From assembly GCF_006345805.1 (NCBI RefSeq), contig NC_042997.1:29388001-29452000 (forward strand): a stretch of 64,000 nucleotides of DNA, written 5' to 3'. The notes below the pieces were generated by a model that saw only the letters and a program-made list of their open reading frames with translations, was not told the DNA's origin and did no database searches. The first letter of the stretch is position 1; the number at the start of each line of letters is the position of its first letter. Position numbers and translations under genes: made by a program. Positions 53,581 to 64,000 of this stretch are shown here, in pieces. The DNA comes from Octopus sinensis (Eukaryota).

Positions 53581-55101
53581 GGGTTAAATTTTCCGTGAAA
53601 ATTTTCGAAAAATTTTTGGTCATAAATTTCGGTGAAAAGTTTCGAAAAATCATATAACGAATATGTTCCATATGCTGAAGTCTATAAATGTCAATATCGT
53701 CATAGTTGTTAAGTGTAAAGCAGAATCTGGTGTATCGTCGATGGTGAGGCACCTTGACTGTAGTTGTAAACCAGAATTCACTATATATATAACAGAAAGC
53801 AGCAGTAGAAGCCAGATAAAGAACTAATTTGGGGTGAAAATTTTGGGTAAATTTTGGGTGAAATTTTCCGTGAACATTTTCGAAACATTTTTTGGTAATA
53901 TTTTCGGTGAAAATTTTCGAAACATTTTTGTGGAAAATTTATGGTGAAAATGTTGTGTAAAATTTTCGGTGAACATTTTTGGGTAAAATTTTCGGCCAAA
54001 ATTTGCGAAAAATTTTTGTCAAAAATTCTCCAAAAATTCGTGGTAAAAATCTTTGAAAACTTTTGGTTAAAATTTTCGGTAAAAATTTTCGAAAATTCTT
54101 TGGGTAAATTTTCGGTGAAAATTTTTGAAAAATTTTTGGGTAAAATTTTCGGCCAAAATTTCCGAAAAATTTTTGGTGAAAATTTTGGAAAAATTGTTGG
54201 GAAAAATTTTCTGTGAAAAATTTTTGGGGAAATTTTTAAAGAAAATTTTCGAAATACTTTTGGTGAAAATTTTCGAAAAATTTTTGGATAAAATTTTCGG
54301 CAAAAATATTCCAAAAATTCGTGAAAACTTTTGGGTAAAATTTTCGGTAAAAATTTTCGAAAAATTTTTGAGTAAAATTTTCGGTGAAAATTTTGGAAGG
54401 ATTTTTGGGTAAAATTTTGGCACTGCTGGCTTTCCATACTTTGTGATTTTGGCACCGCTGGCACTCCATACTTTGTGATTTTGGCACCGCTGGCTTTCCA
54501 TATTTTGTGGAAAATTTTTGGCAAAAATTTTTGGGAAAAATTTTCGGTGAAAAACTTTTGGGCAAATTTTTCGAGATAATTTTCGGCGTAAATTTTCGAA
54601 AAATTTTTGGGTAATATTTTCGGTGAAAATTTTGGAAAAATTTTTGGGTAAAATTATCGGTGAAAAGTTTTGGAAAATTTTTGTGTAAAATTTTCGGGAG
54701 AAATTTTCAAAAAATTTTTGGGTAAAATTTTCGGTCAAAATTTTCGAAAACGTTTTGGGTAAATTTTTCGGTAAAAATTTTCGAAAAAGTTTTGGGTAAC
54801 ATTTTCCGCAAAATTTTCCAAAAATTTTTGGTGCATATTTTTGAAAAATTTTCGGGTAAAATTTTCGGTGAAAATTTTCGGAAATTTTTTGTGGAAAATT
54901 TTCGGTGAAAACTTTCGAAAAGTTTTTGGGTAAATTTTTCGGTAAAAATTTTCGAAAAATTTTTGGGTAAAATTTTCGGTGAAAATTTTGGAAAAATTTT
55001 TGGGTAAAATTTTCGGTCAAAATTTTCGATAAATTTTTGCGTAAAATTTTCGGTACAAATTTTCGAAAAATTTTTGGGTAAAATTTTCGGTCAAAATTTT
55101 C
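53581..55101. repeat. ~37-bp A4T4 satellite (GGTAAAATTTTC-GGTGAAAATTTTC-GAAAAATTTTTG), blocks 53581-53649 and 53826-55101
   Basis: Read directly. Three ~12-bp subunits per monomer. Interrupted by a Rep-like segment and by a 3x32-bp cassette (54415-54510). Confidence 0.92.
53645..53752 (-). pseudogene. CRESS-DNA-virus-like Rep N-terminal fragment (RCR motif I)
   Basis: VPHHRRYTRFCFTLNNYDDIDIYRLQHMEHIRYMIF, with FCFTLNNY at 53702-53725. It matches circovirus-like (R/W)xFTLNN(Y/P) motif I and the usual run-up to YxIxG, and is truncated before motif II. Confidence 0.7.
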
Positions 55102-55102
55102 C

Positions 55103-55390
55103 TATATCTCATACACAACATCTTTAATAGGGTAGTAAAGAAACATGGCATTAGTGGGGCTCTGATCAATTTAGATCAGTCAAAAGCTTTTCATATTTTC
55201 GACCCTAAATATCTGGTGCTTGTTTCACGGCACCGGTTTCGGCCCGGTTCTCCGCAGTTAGATCGCTGTCATATACAGCGTCATCTCCCGGGTGGTCCGG
55301 GTGAAAATTCACCATTGGAACCATTCAACATCGTATGTTCGCCCCGTCAAGGGTACCCACACTTGTCCTTTCTGCAAGACTCCAGGAGCT
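55103..55390 (+). mobile_element. L1/Tx1-clade LINE RT fragment
   Basis: IFNRVVKKHGISGALINLDQSKAF, then GFGP and PRQGYP (like VRQGCP), with frameshifts. Confidence 0.7.
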
Positions 55391-56765
55391 CCCAAAACGA
55401 TTGTGATAATAATAAAAATGATAATAATAATAATGATAATAATAATAATAATAATAATATAATAATAATAATAACAACAACAACAACAACAACAACAATA
55501 ATGATAATAATAATAATGATAAATATATGTCGAATGTTTTAGCCCAACCTGCAAAATAACGTGGGTATTTTTGGGACGAGATGGCAAAAAGTGATGTATA
55601 TCGAGCAAAATATTTAGTGGCAATTCTTTGAGCTCTTTACTATTTGAATTCAATACCTGATGCGATCAACTTTACCTTAGGTTCCTTAGGGTTCGATAAA
55701 ATAAAGTGATAATCAAATAATGGAATATATTCTATCCACCGTCATCCCTCTCTCTGAAATTACTGGCAGAAATGTGAAATCATCATTGTTATTACTTTCA
55801 TCATTATAATTTTTATTGTGATTCCCAGTGTAATAGCTGTTAATGTTAATTTTACTTTATTAGGTACATCTGCGTATGTGTCAAGTGGTATGTATGTCAC
55901 TAAGAATCTTTAATGCATATCAAAATGCCACTAGAGATTTAAACTCCCTAGTGGAAAACTGAAGCATTTATATCTGCATAATAAATTTATTGCGGTTGAA
56001 GCTACTTTATAGTTAATCTCATTAATTTTATTTTATAGGCCTTGATTTCTCCGTAACTTGCTTGACACCGTTTTATCATGCTCAGACAGCAAAATTACAG
56101 GTATATTTTGTTATTTTATTGTTTGTATTTTTATCCTCAATTGTCTTTATTTTTATTTATGTTCAATGCTTGTTATATATTCGTTAAATATTTTCTGTTG
56201 TATTTCTGTTCTTCTTCATTGTTTCTTTTTCTTTATCATCGCTAATTTTTTTCATGCTTCCATTTTGTATTTATTTTTGGTTCATTCTTTATTTTCTCTC
56301 CTCAATATTCTCTTTTATATTATGTTTTCGATTTTTTTATTTTTATAATATATTTTATAGCCTTAATGTCTATTCTTTATCACATTTATTATATGTTCTT
56401 ATTATATTTCTTTAATATTCTATATACGTTTTACTATACTTTTACAACTTGAATTTATTGTCCTACATTTTTCGATTCCTAGTTTTCGTCCTATTCCCTT
56501 ATTGGAAGTATAAGCAACTACAATGTTGTTTTCCCCGTAATGTATTTGAATTTCTGTATGATTTTTAATGTCCGATATTATTTAGCCGCTATATTTTGAT
56601 TTTTCCACTATAACTTCATTTTTTCTTATTTTTATGTTTTGGTATCCTCCGTAAGTTTAGGGTTTGTTTTAACGTATTTTCTATAAAATTGTATGATGAT
56701 TACTATGAATGTTTAGCATTTAAATCATTATGTGTTTTGTGGTCGAGATATTATTTAACCAAGGG

Positions 56766-57323
56766 AAGTTAAAATTTAAAAGACATTTAATACATTCATA
56801 CAACCGTTTCAACCCGCGATATTAACATATAAATACATAGTAGAATAATTGAAATTAATTTGATTAAATTTAATTAATTACTTATCACAGTACTCCTTAG
56901 TGCAGGAAGTATAGAACAAAAATTATTATGATTACAGAAGATTTGATGAAGGAAATAGCAGATAACAAATTCGGATATACATATTTTATCCTTTGAAAAA
57001 ATTGAGAGCGTAATAAAGAATGTGAGTCTAGTTATGTATAAACTTAATTTATACCCAACTAGACTCATATTCATTAGAATGCTCTCAATTTTTCATACGA
57101 ATAAATATGTATATCCGAATTTGTTATCTGATACTTCCTTCATCAAGTCTTCTGTAATAATAATAATTTTTGTTGTACACTCCTTGCATTCAGGAGAACA
57201 GTGATAGGTAATTAATTTAATTTAATCAAATTAATTTGAATTATTCTACCATGCATTTACATGTTAATATCATTGTTTGAAACGATCGTATGCATGTATT
57301 AAAATTCTTTCAAATTTTAACTT
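56766..57323. repeat. Old ~560-bp AT-rich foldback palindrome, centre about 57045
   Basis: For example gcagataacaaattcggatatacatattt mirrors aaatatgtatatccgaatttgttatctg, and gagtctagtt mirrors aactagactc. Many mismatches. Confidence 0.85.
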
Positions 57324-57366
57324 GTTGAGTTTCTTCGGGTACCTTTCCAGAAATTTTCATAACACA

Positions 57367-57453
<87 letters not shown>

Positions 57454-58569
57454 GACAGGTTTCTCTCAGTTACCGTCTATCAAATTTCCTCTCACAGTTC
57501 TGCCTATAATAAATCCTATATATATTACAGCTATAATACACGACATATGTCTAAGGCGCCATTCAGATCGGAACCATGTGGTTTCGAAGCGAACACCTAA
57601 CCATACATGCCCTTAAAGATGTAATTAGCTTTATATATCAATTAGTTTTGCAAAACAGCTATTATGACATTTAGTACGAACACATACGTTGATACTGGCA
57701 GACATATGTACATATAATACGAACTGATGCACACAGACATGCAAATACACACACACAATCACACCACCTGTATGTACGTGCTTATATATATATATATATA
57801 TATATGTGGGGGGGGTGTCAATATGTTTGCCTGGGATGTGGGCGTGTGTATGTGTACGTCCGCGTGGGTGTGTGCACGTGTGTGTGTGTGCATGTGAATG
57901 CACGTATGTGATTATAATCACTTTCGGAGACTTAATTATACCATTTGCCCCGTTTGTTTTCTACGTAGCACTCAGGGAAATGCTATTTTTCAAATTAGCT
58001 GTAGTGAGAGACTCGCTGGTCTAACTGAAGTACTAGTGAATTTCTCCTCAAGACACATCCTCATATCTCAAAGCATATTGATTCGATATGTAGCTTAATA
58101 GCCACTAAAACAGATTGTCGATAACCTGAAAGCGATTTTGTTTCATTAACAGAATTGGAAATAGCTGCAAAACTTCTATAAATACAAAAGTTTACAAGAT
58201 AAGTTTACAAACTGACAGGTGTTGTGAGATGAATAACTTTCTCGTTCTTCAGTTATTTCCTATCGATTCACTCAGTGTACCTGAAATGTATTATTTCATT
58301 CTATGAAAGAATCAAATCAAACAGATACTAGCATTTCTTAACCCACTGAGAATCAATACTTTCACTCATGACAATCCAATGGCTGTTCTTTTCTTGAAAG
58401 ACTTCATGAGATAACGCTTTCCTTTGCAATAGTATATGCAAAGACCGAAGCGTTATCACAACTATTTCTATTTTAGTTTCAGACGCTTCACAACTGGATC
58501 TGTACAGCATATTTAAACAATATCATACAAGTCAAATTTCTGTTAAATTCTATATTAAGCATAGGTATG

Positions 58570-58870
58570 GCTTCATGGAAGAGTTTGATTCAAAACCACA
58601 TAGTTTTGGATTCATATCTATTGCGTGGAAATTTAGGCGTCTTCTACTATAGCCTCGCACCAGGCAAGTCTTGTGAGTGGATTTGGTAGACGAAAACTGA
58701 AAGTTCGTTGTATAAGTGCGTGCGTGTGTGTGTTTGTGTGTGTGTGTGTTTATGTGTGTGTGTGTATGTTTGCGCATGTGTGTATGTGATGTAAGTGTTT
58801 TTCCCCCAACCACCACTTGACAACTGATGCTGAAGTGTTTACGTTCCCGTAACATAGCAACTATCCGCAT
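58570..58870 (+). mobile_element. Degenerate family A SINE
   Basis: gtcttctactatagcctcg...cttgtgagtggatttggtagacgaaaactgaaag, followed by (TG)n and the tail. Confidence 0.7.
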
Positions 58871-59385
58871 TTCGATGTATTTTCTCTTACTTCATCACTG
58901 TTTTATTTCAGGTAAACTATATATATTTATTTCAGGTAAACTAAATATTTGCAGGTAAACTATATATCCGTTTAGAAAATATCGTTACATATACTCGAGG
59001 CCGCCCGTCACAATCAACCTTTTACAATTCTAACAATTGTAATTTAATTATTGCTATTATTATAAATATGTAACACAGCAGACTTAAGAAATGAAGATCA
59101 AACATAATGCATAATATGTTTATGTATTAATTCCAATGAATGGGATTTAATTACTATTATTCAATACACTTTGATTCATTTCAGACAAAATATGTTACAT
59201 TTGCAGAAACGCAGAACTTTTAGTGAACCTAAATATAATATATGTAATCTATAACAATATTTGCCATATCTATAATTTTCCGGGCTAAATGTTTCTTTCA
59301 GTTAACAAAACAACTGTAACTGCTATTTCTATTACATTCCACAACCGTCATCGATTTCCTGTCTACAGAATTATAAAACCGAGAA

Positions 59386-60840
59386 GTTAGTTAGTTAGTT
59401 AGTTAGTTAATTTGGCTCAAAAGCAAAAAGCAAGGCCATGTAGAGGGACATGGAGTTAAGTACAGGGTGGTGTTCATGTAAACAGTTCAGGCCACTTGAG
59501 GTCCAGGGAGGCTTTGAACAAAGCGGTCGTCGGCATCTTCACCATCTCGTCTGGCAGCTTGTTCCACGGATCCGCAACCCGGACGGAGAAAGCTCCTCTC
59601 CTTCGATTGAGATGAAATCGTCGCAGGTAGAGCTTTTCGGAATGACCCCGCAGCCGACGCTCCGGAGCAGGAGTGAAGAACAGCTCTTTCGAGAGGTTAC
59701 ACTTCCCGCTTATGATGTTGTGGGCGAGAATGAGATCACCACGGCGGCGGCGTTTTTCAAGAGAATAAAGGTCGAGCGTCCTCAGCCTTTCTTCGTAGGA
59801 CACATTTTTGAGACCATGAACCATGCGGGTAGCCAGCCTCTGGACTCTTTCGAGATGCTGTTTGTCTTTGAGGAGATAAGGAGAAGAGGCTTGAATCCCA
59901 TACTCCAATATGGGTCTCACCAGCGTGACATAGAGTGGTAGGAATATGGCTGCTGTGAGCATTCCGAATGACCGTCGAATAAAAAACAGAATTCCGCGCG
60001 CTTTGCTGGCAGCATGGACGCACTGGCCCGAAGGCGAAAAGGAGGAATCCACCAAGATACCCAGGTGCTTTACCTGATCGGTCCTCTCCAGCAGCAGACG
60101 ACCCGGCTCGAAATCAAGTTGAGTTGCAGGAGTAGAGCCGACAGGCAGATGACAGCACTTTGACACTTTCAGACACAGGCCCCAATCGTTAGACCACTTC
60201 CAAATTTGGTGGAGGCATCGACGAAGATCCTCTATAATACCGCGAGGAGCGACCAGTTTGATATCGTCGGCAAATAGAAGGGTGTGTTGCGTGAGGTCGT
60301 CGGGCAAGTCATTTATGAAGACTAAGAACAACAAGGGCCCAAGCACTGAACCTTGAGGCACGCCACTGCTCGCACTGGAGACGTCGGACCGCGAACCATT
60401 AACTTGAACTTGGAAGGAGCGATCTGAGAGGAAGGCACCAACCCATCGTACAATATCCGGATGGAAACTATATGCTTGAATCTTGACAAGTAGTAGGCGG
60501 TGGTTTACCGAGTCAAAAGCTTTGGCAAAGTCCAATAAAACGACGTCAACAGCATCACTATCATCGAGGATGCGCGTCACCAATTCTTCCATTACTAGTA
60601 AGTTGGTCAAGCATGATCTCTTCGGCACGAAGCCGTGTTGGGAATCAGTGATCGAGGCTGTGTTTAGGAGGTGGAGCATCATACTTTTCTTAAGGATGGT
60701 TTCGAACATCTTGCTGATTATTGATGTAAGGGAAACCGGTCGGTAGTTAAGCGGGTCTTCGCGGCTCCCTTTCTTGAAAATTGGGCAGATTATCGCTGTT
60801 CTCCAGTCTGCAGGTATAACACCCGTCGCCAAGAAGGTTT
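59386..60840 (-). mobile_element. Young 5'-truncated CR1-like LINE with intact 452-aa ORF2 3' part and (TAAC)n tail
   Basis: YRPVSLTS, QHGFVPKRSC, LDFAKAFDSV, GVPQGSVLGPLLF, FADD, LYSLEKRRRRGDL. Stop at 59474, short 3' UTR, tandem GTTA at 59386-59410. Confidence 0.95.
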
Positions 60841-62379
60841 GTAAATGTATATAAATTGCTTAGATGTGAATTTAACATTAACAGAATTGTTGAATAGTTA
60901 TTATTACTCAAACTGTTAAAATGTTTAATATATAGACGGGATAATTTACATTTTTAATCTAAGCACGTATATATAGTTTCTAAAACTGAACAACAAAATA
61001 ACAAACTTCTCCATTCCATATGGTTTGACACAACACCTTTTGTTTTATAAGCGTGTAACATAGAATAAATCGTATGTAGTAGCATGCGAAGGACATGTCG
61101 ATTTCATGAAAACTATGCATTTTTTTTCTATTGCTTTAGAAACATTATCATCCATTTACACATACTCAATGGAAACTCTATCCAATAATAGTTACTACAA
61201 TTGTATAGATTTCTTTTGACTTAAGTGACCATAAAATATACTCAAATTAAGTGAGGGCAAATCAAAAAGCAATAAGATTTGTATGCGTTTTTTGAAATCG
61301 GTAAATATGATGCTAGTTCCACGATATATTTGCAAACTTATCAATAGAAAGTGGAAAAAGATTTCCCAGTGTAGCCCAGAATGATTCCCGTTTAATCAGT
61401 TTTCCCTCTAGTATTATATTTCCCCCATGATATGAAGCACAATAGTGATTTTAACATAAAATAGTCTTCAATTACATCTCATGTGCCGATTTACAGTATA
61501 AATTTCTAGCATAATATTTCATATTCTGACACAAGGCCAGCAATTTAGGGGAGGGATTATTTTTTTTACATCGACCCCAATTACTTACTGATACTTGTTT
61601 TATCGACGTCGGAAGGAAGGAAGTCTACCTAGAGGAAATTTGCAGAGAGTTATGACGGAAGAAACGCTGGTAGATATCTTGCCCGGTATGTTAACAATTC
61701 TACCATCTCACCGCCTTAATTTTTTAATATAATATTAGAAATTAAATGCATGTAGCGGCTAATCAACAAACGTTTTTAATCTCTCCTTATCCATTCTTGT
61801 AATAGAACCTATGATCAAAATGTTCAAAGTCATTTTTTCTGAGCATCAAACAAATACAGTGTTGTTCCCTCACGTGTCTCTGTCTATTGTTGTTCCTAAT
61901 ATTGAACTATCGTTTTTACGTCCTGTTTGTGTTACATTTTTACTTGCTTTTTTTTACCCCTCTGAAAGGCAATTTTATTTTAATTCTCTCGCAGGAAGGA
62001 CTAGTTTGGCGAGTCGTGTCCTGTCTTGCCTTCGAAACACGCTGGGGCCGAACTAGTGACAGCTGATGAAGGGGATTTTTCCTTGTGTAGTATGTCCTGT
62101 ACTCTGTTTTTTCTGTTGTAAAAAAATGTTTTTTTCCGTTTTCCTTTCTCGTTGAGTTCTACGTCTAGTTGTGGTGTCCTGTACTCACGTGTATATATAT
62201 TTATATATGCATGTATATATACATGTAGATGTAGGTACGTACATATATGTTTGTATGTATGCATATATTTTATTTATTACACTATATATATATATATATA
62301 TATATAAATGTGACCTCGAATGTATCGCTGGCGATTTTTTTCCTCTGTCTTCCCTTCTCTGGATCTTTCCTTCTCCTAT

Positions 62380-62414
62380 GTTTCCGACGAAGAGCTCCGC
62401 TCGAAACGTTAAAC
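62380..62414 (+). ncRNA. 35-nt minimal type I hammerhead, CCGACGA core variant
   Basis: GTTT-CCGACGA-A-GAGC-TCC-GCTC-GAAAC-GT-T-AAAC. Stems I and II pair perfectly and AACGTT is palindromic. Confidence 0.65.
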
Positions 62415-63169
62415 GCTCCTTATTTTCTTTCTTTCCTGAGCGTCCAATAATACTATATTTGTTCCACGTCCTCTCGTTGTTGTGTTTTTTTGTGCTTTCT
62501 TGTTTGGATTAACTTTATATATATATTATATATATACACATTTACATGTGCGTGTGTATGTGAGCATACAACAAAACAGTTTCATTCAAATTCGTTGGCA
62601 CTCTTGAGCTTGAAGCGTGATACTAGACGGCAGCTATTTTGAATTTGAATCACAGAAGTTGATTGTTTTTGCCGTAAGGTGGACTGTGATTGATCGAGGA
62701 AGGTCAGGTGGTGTCGTAATTTGATGTTGCTATATGGGTAAGTGTATATGCGTCACTTGGAAGGAGGAGAGATGAATATGGGGCAGTGGGATTGAAGGAT
62801 TAGAAAAAAATCAGAGACAAAAGAAAGGTACAGGGTGATAAACGAGCGCGAAACAGTTGAAGGAAGAGATGGCCAAGAAATGTTAGAGAGGGGGAGCGAG
62901 AAAAAGGAATAAAAATGGGAGGGGGATTAAAAGATAGAGTAAGAGTCGTATAGAATTTAGATATATATCTACTATAGTGTAAGAACAAAGCTGTACTTAC
63001 GGCGCTATATATATTAATTTTTACCAGCCGAGTGGATTGAATAAACATGAAATGAAGTGTTTCGCCAACCGAATGTAGAAACCAGCATCTCTCGATTATG
63101 AGCCCAACACACAAACCACTTTTGCATCGCTGTTGCTTGCTAATAACATGACCTCACTGGATAGATAAG

Positions 63170-63285
63170 CAGGTGAACATTGCCCAACCCGTGACTGGGA
63201 GATGCAACACAGTAAAGTGAAATGAAAAATCGAACCTACGATCTAGTGATCGTGAGTGCAACAGCTTAACCACAAGTCTACCCAC
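63170..63285 (-). mobile_element. Degenerate tRNA/CORE-like SINE fragment
   Basis: cattgcccaa...atcgaacctacgatctagtgatcgtgagtgcaacagcttaaccac is a reverse-strand tRNA-like head. Confidence 0.5.
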
Positions 63286-64000
63286 AAACACACACAGATG
63301 CACATATACTCATATTCGCACACATACACACATATTGACGCACATACAGACACCCCTGTGTGTGTTTGTGTGTGAGAGAGATAGAGGGGGAACGATAGCA
63401 CATTGATTAGTTATTAGAGAGTAAATTCATCAATTGGTTTCAAACCAATGAGGAATTTGTAGATTTTAGTAAGATCCCTTTTTTAGGTTTGCCCCAGTTC
63501 ACTCAGTTGAAAATGAGTACAAGTTGCAGTTAGGAAAGCTATACGATGCACTCACATTGCACTCAGGGATTGAATTGTAATATTTCAGCCGTAATCACCA
63601 TGCGCACATATATATAAAATTGAACTTGACAGAAATAGAGGAAATTCAGTTTTAAGGAGAAGCAATGATAACTAACCCAGATTATTGTAATTTCAACATA
63701 TCTTTAATATACACCTTCTACGTCGGCAGCCAACTTTTGTTATTCTAGATTGTTATTCTAGAGACAGCTGTAACAGCACTTTGAATTCACTTTACTAAAC
63801 ACTGTTTGTCACAGCTGACCAGTTTGCAGGATGCAATCCGAAGGTTTCAAAGATAGATGTGCAACAGAGCTTTGTGTTGAACTGCACAAAATACCGCTAC
63901 ATAAATTTTCCTGATTGCATATGAATTGACTTTTTTACAAGAAGAAGCGGTTCCAAAACTTTAGAGAGGTGTGAGATGAGAGAGCGGTGTGAGAGGGGAG

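Noticed and set aside
53781-55020. 247-aa and 317-aa K/F/I-rich ORFs
   Set aside because: They are translations of the A4T4 satellite, which lacks stops in those frames.
53581-55101. CRISPR-like array
   Set aside because: Eukaryotic context, degenerate contiguous monomers without unique spacers, and no cas genes.
62030-62100. GAAAC...CTGATGAAGG as a permuted hammerhead
   Set aside because: No convincing stem III or NUH cleavage triplet, and stem I does not form.

Overview
AT-rich, microsatellite-dense animal genomic DNA with one 100-N scaffold gap (24902-25001). The SINE and simple-repeat content looks like an Octopus (coleoid cephalopod) genome; this is inferred, not database-checked. I can support no intact host gene. 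The window is a mosaic of mobile DNA: a Helitron remnant, an R4/Dong-like LINE, two CR1-like LINEs, an L1/Tx1-like fragment, four Penelope-like (PLE) RT/GIY-YIG fragments, two mariner copies, several MITE/foldback palindromes and many tRNA-derived SINEs. Four things stand out. (1) A 3.9-kb GC/CpG-rich block (6063-9980) built like an rDNA intergenic spacer, sitting between two near-identical 360-bp host duplicates. (2) Several minimal type-I hammerhead ribozyme motifs: a pair at the outer ends of a 2.3-kb palindrome, a family that places a tRNA-like Pol III head upstream of the ribozyme, and a complete 35-nt variant. (3) A CRESS-DNA-virus Rep motif-I fragment (FCFTLNNY) embedded in an A4T4 satellite. 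(4) An in-frame TGA inside a PLE GIY-YIG domain. Most ORFs in the supplied track are artefacts of microsatellites or high GC.
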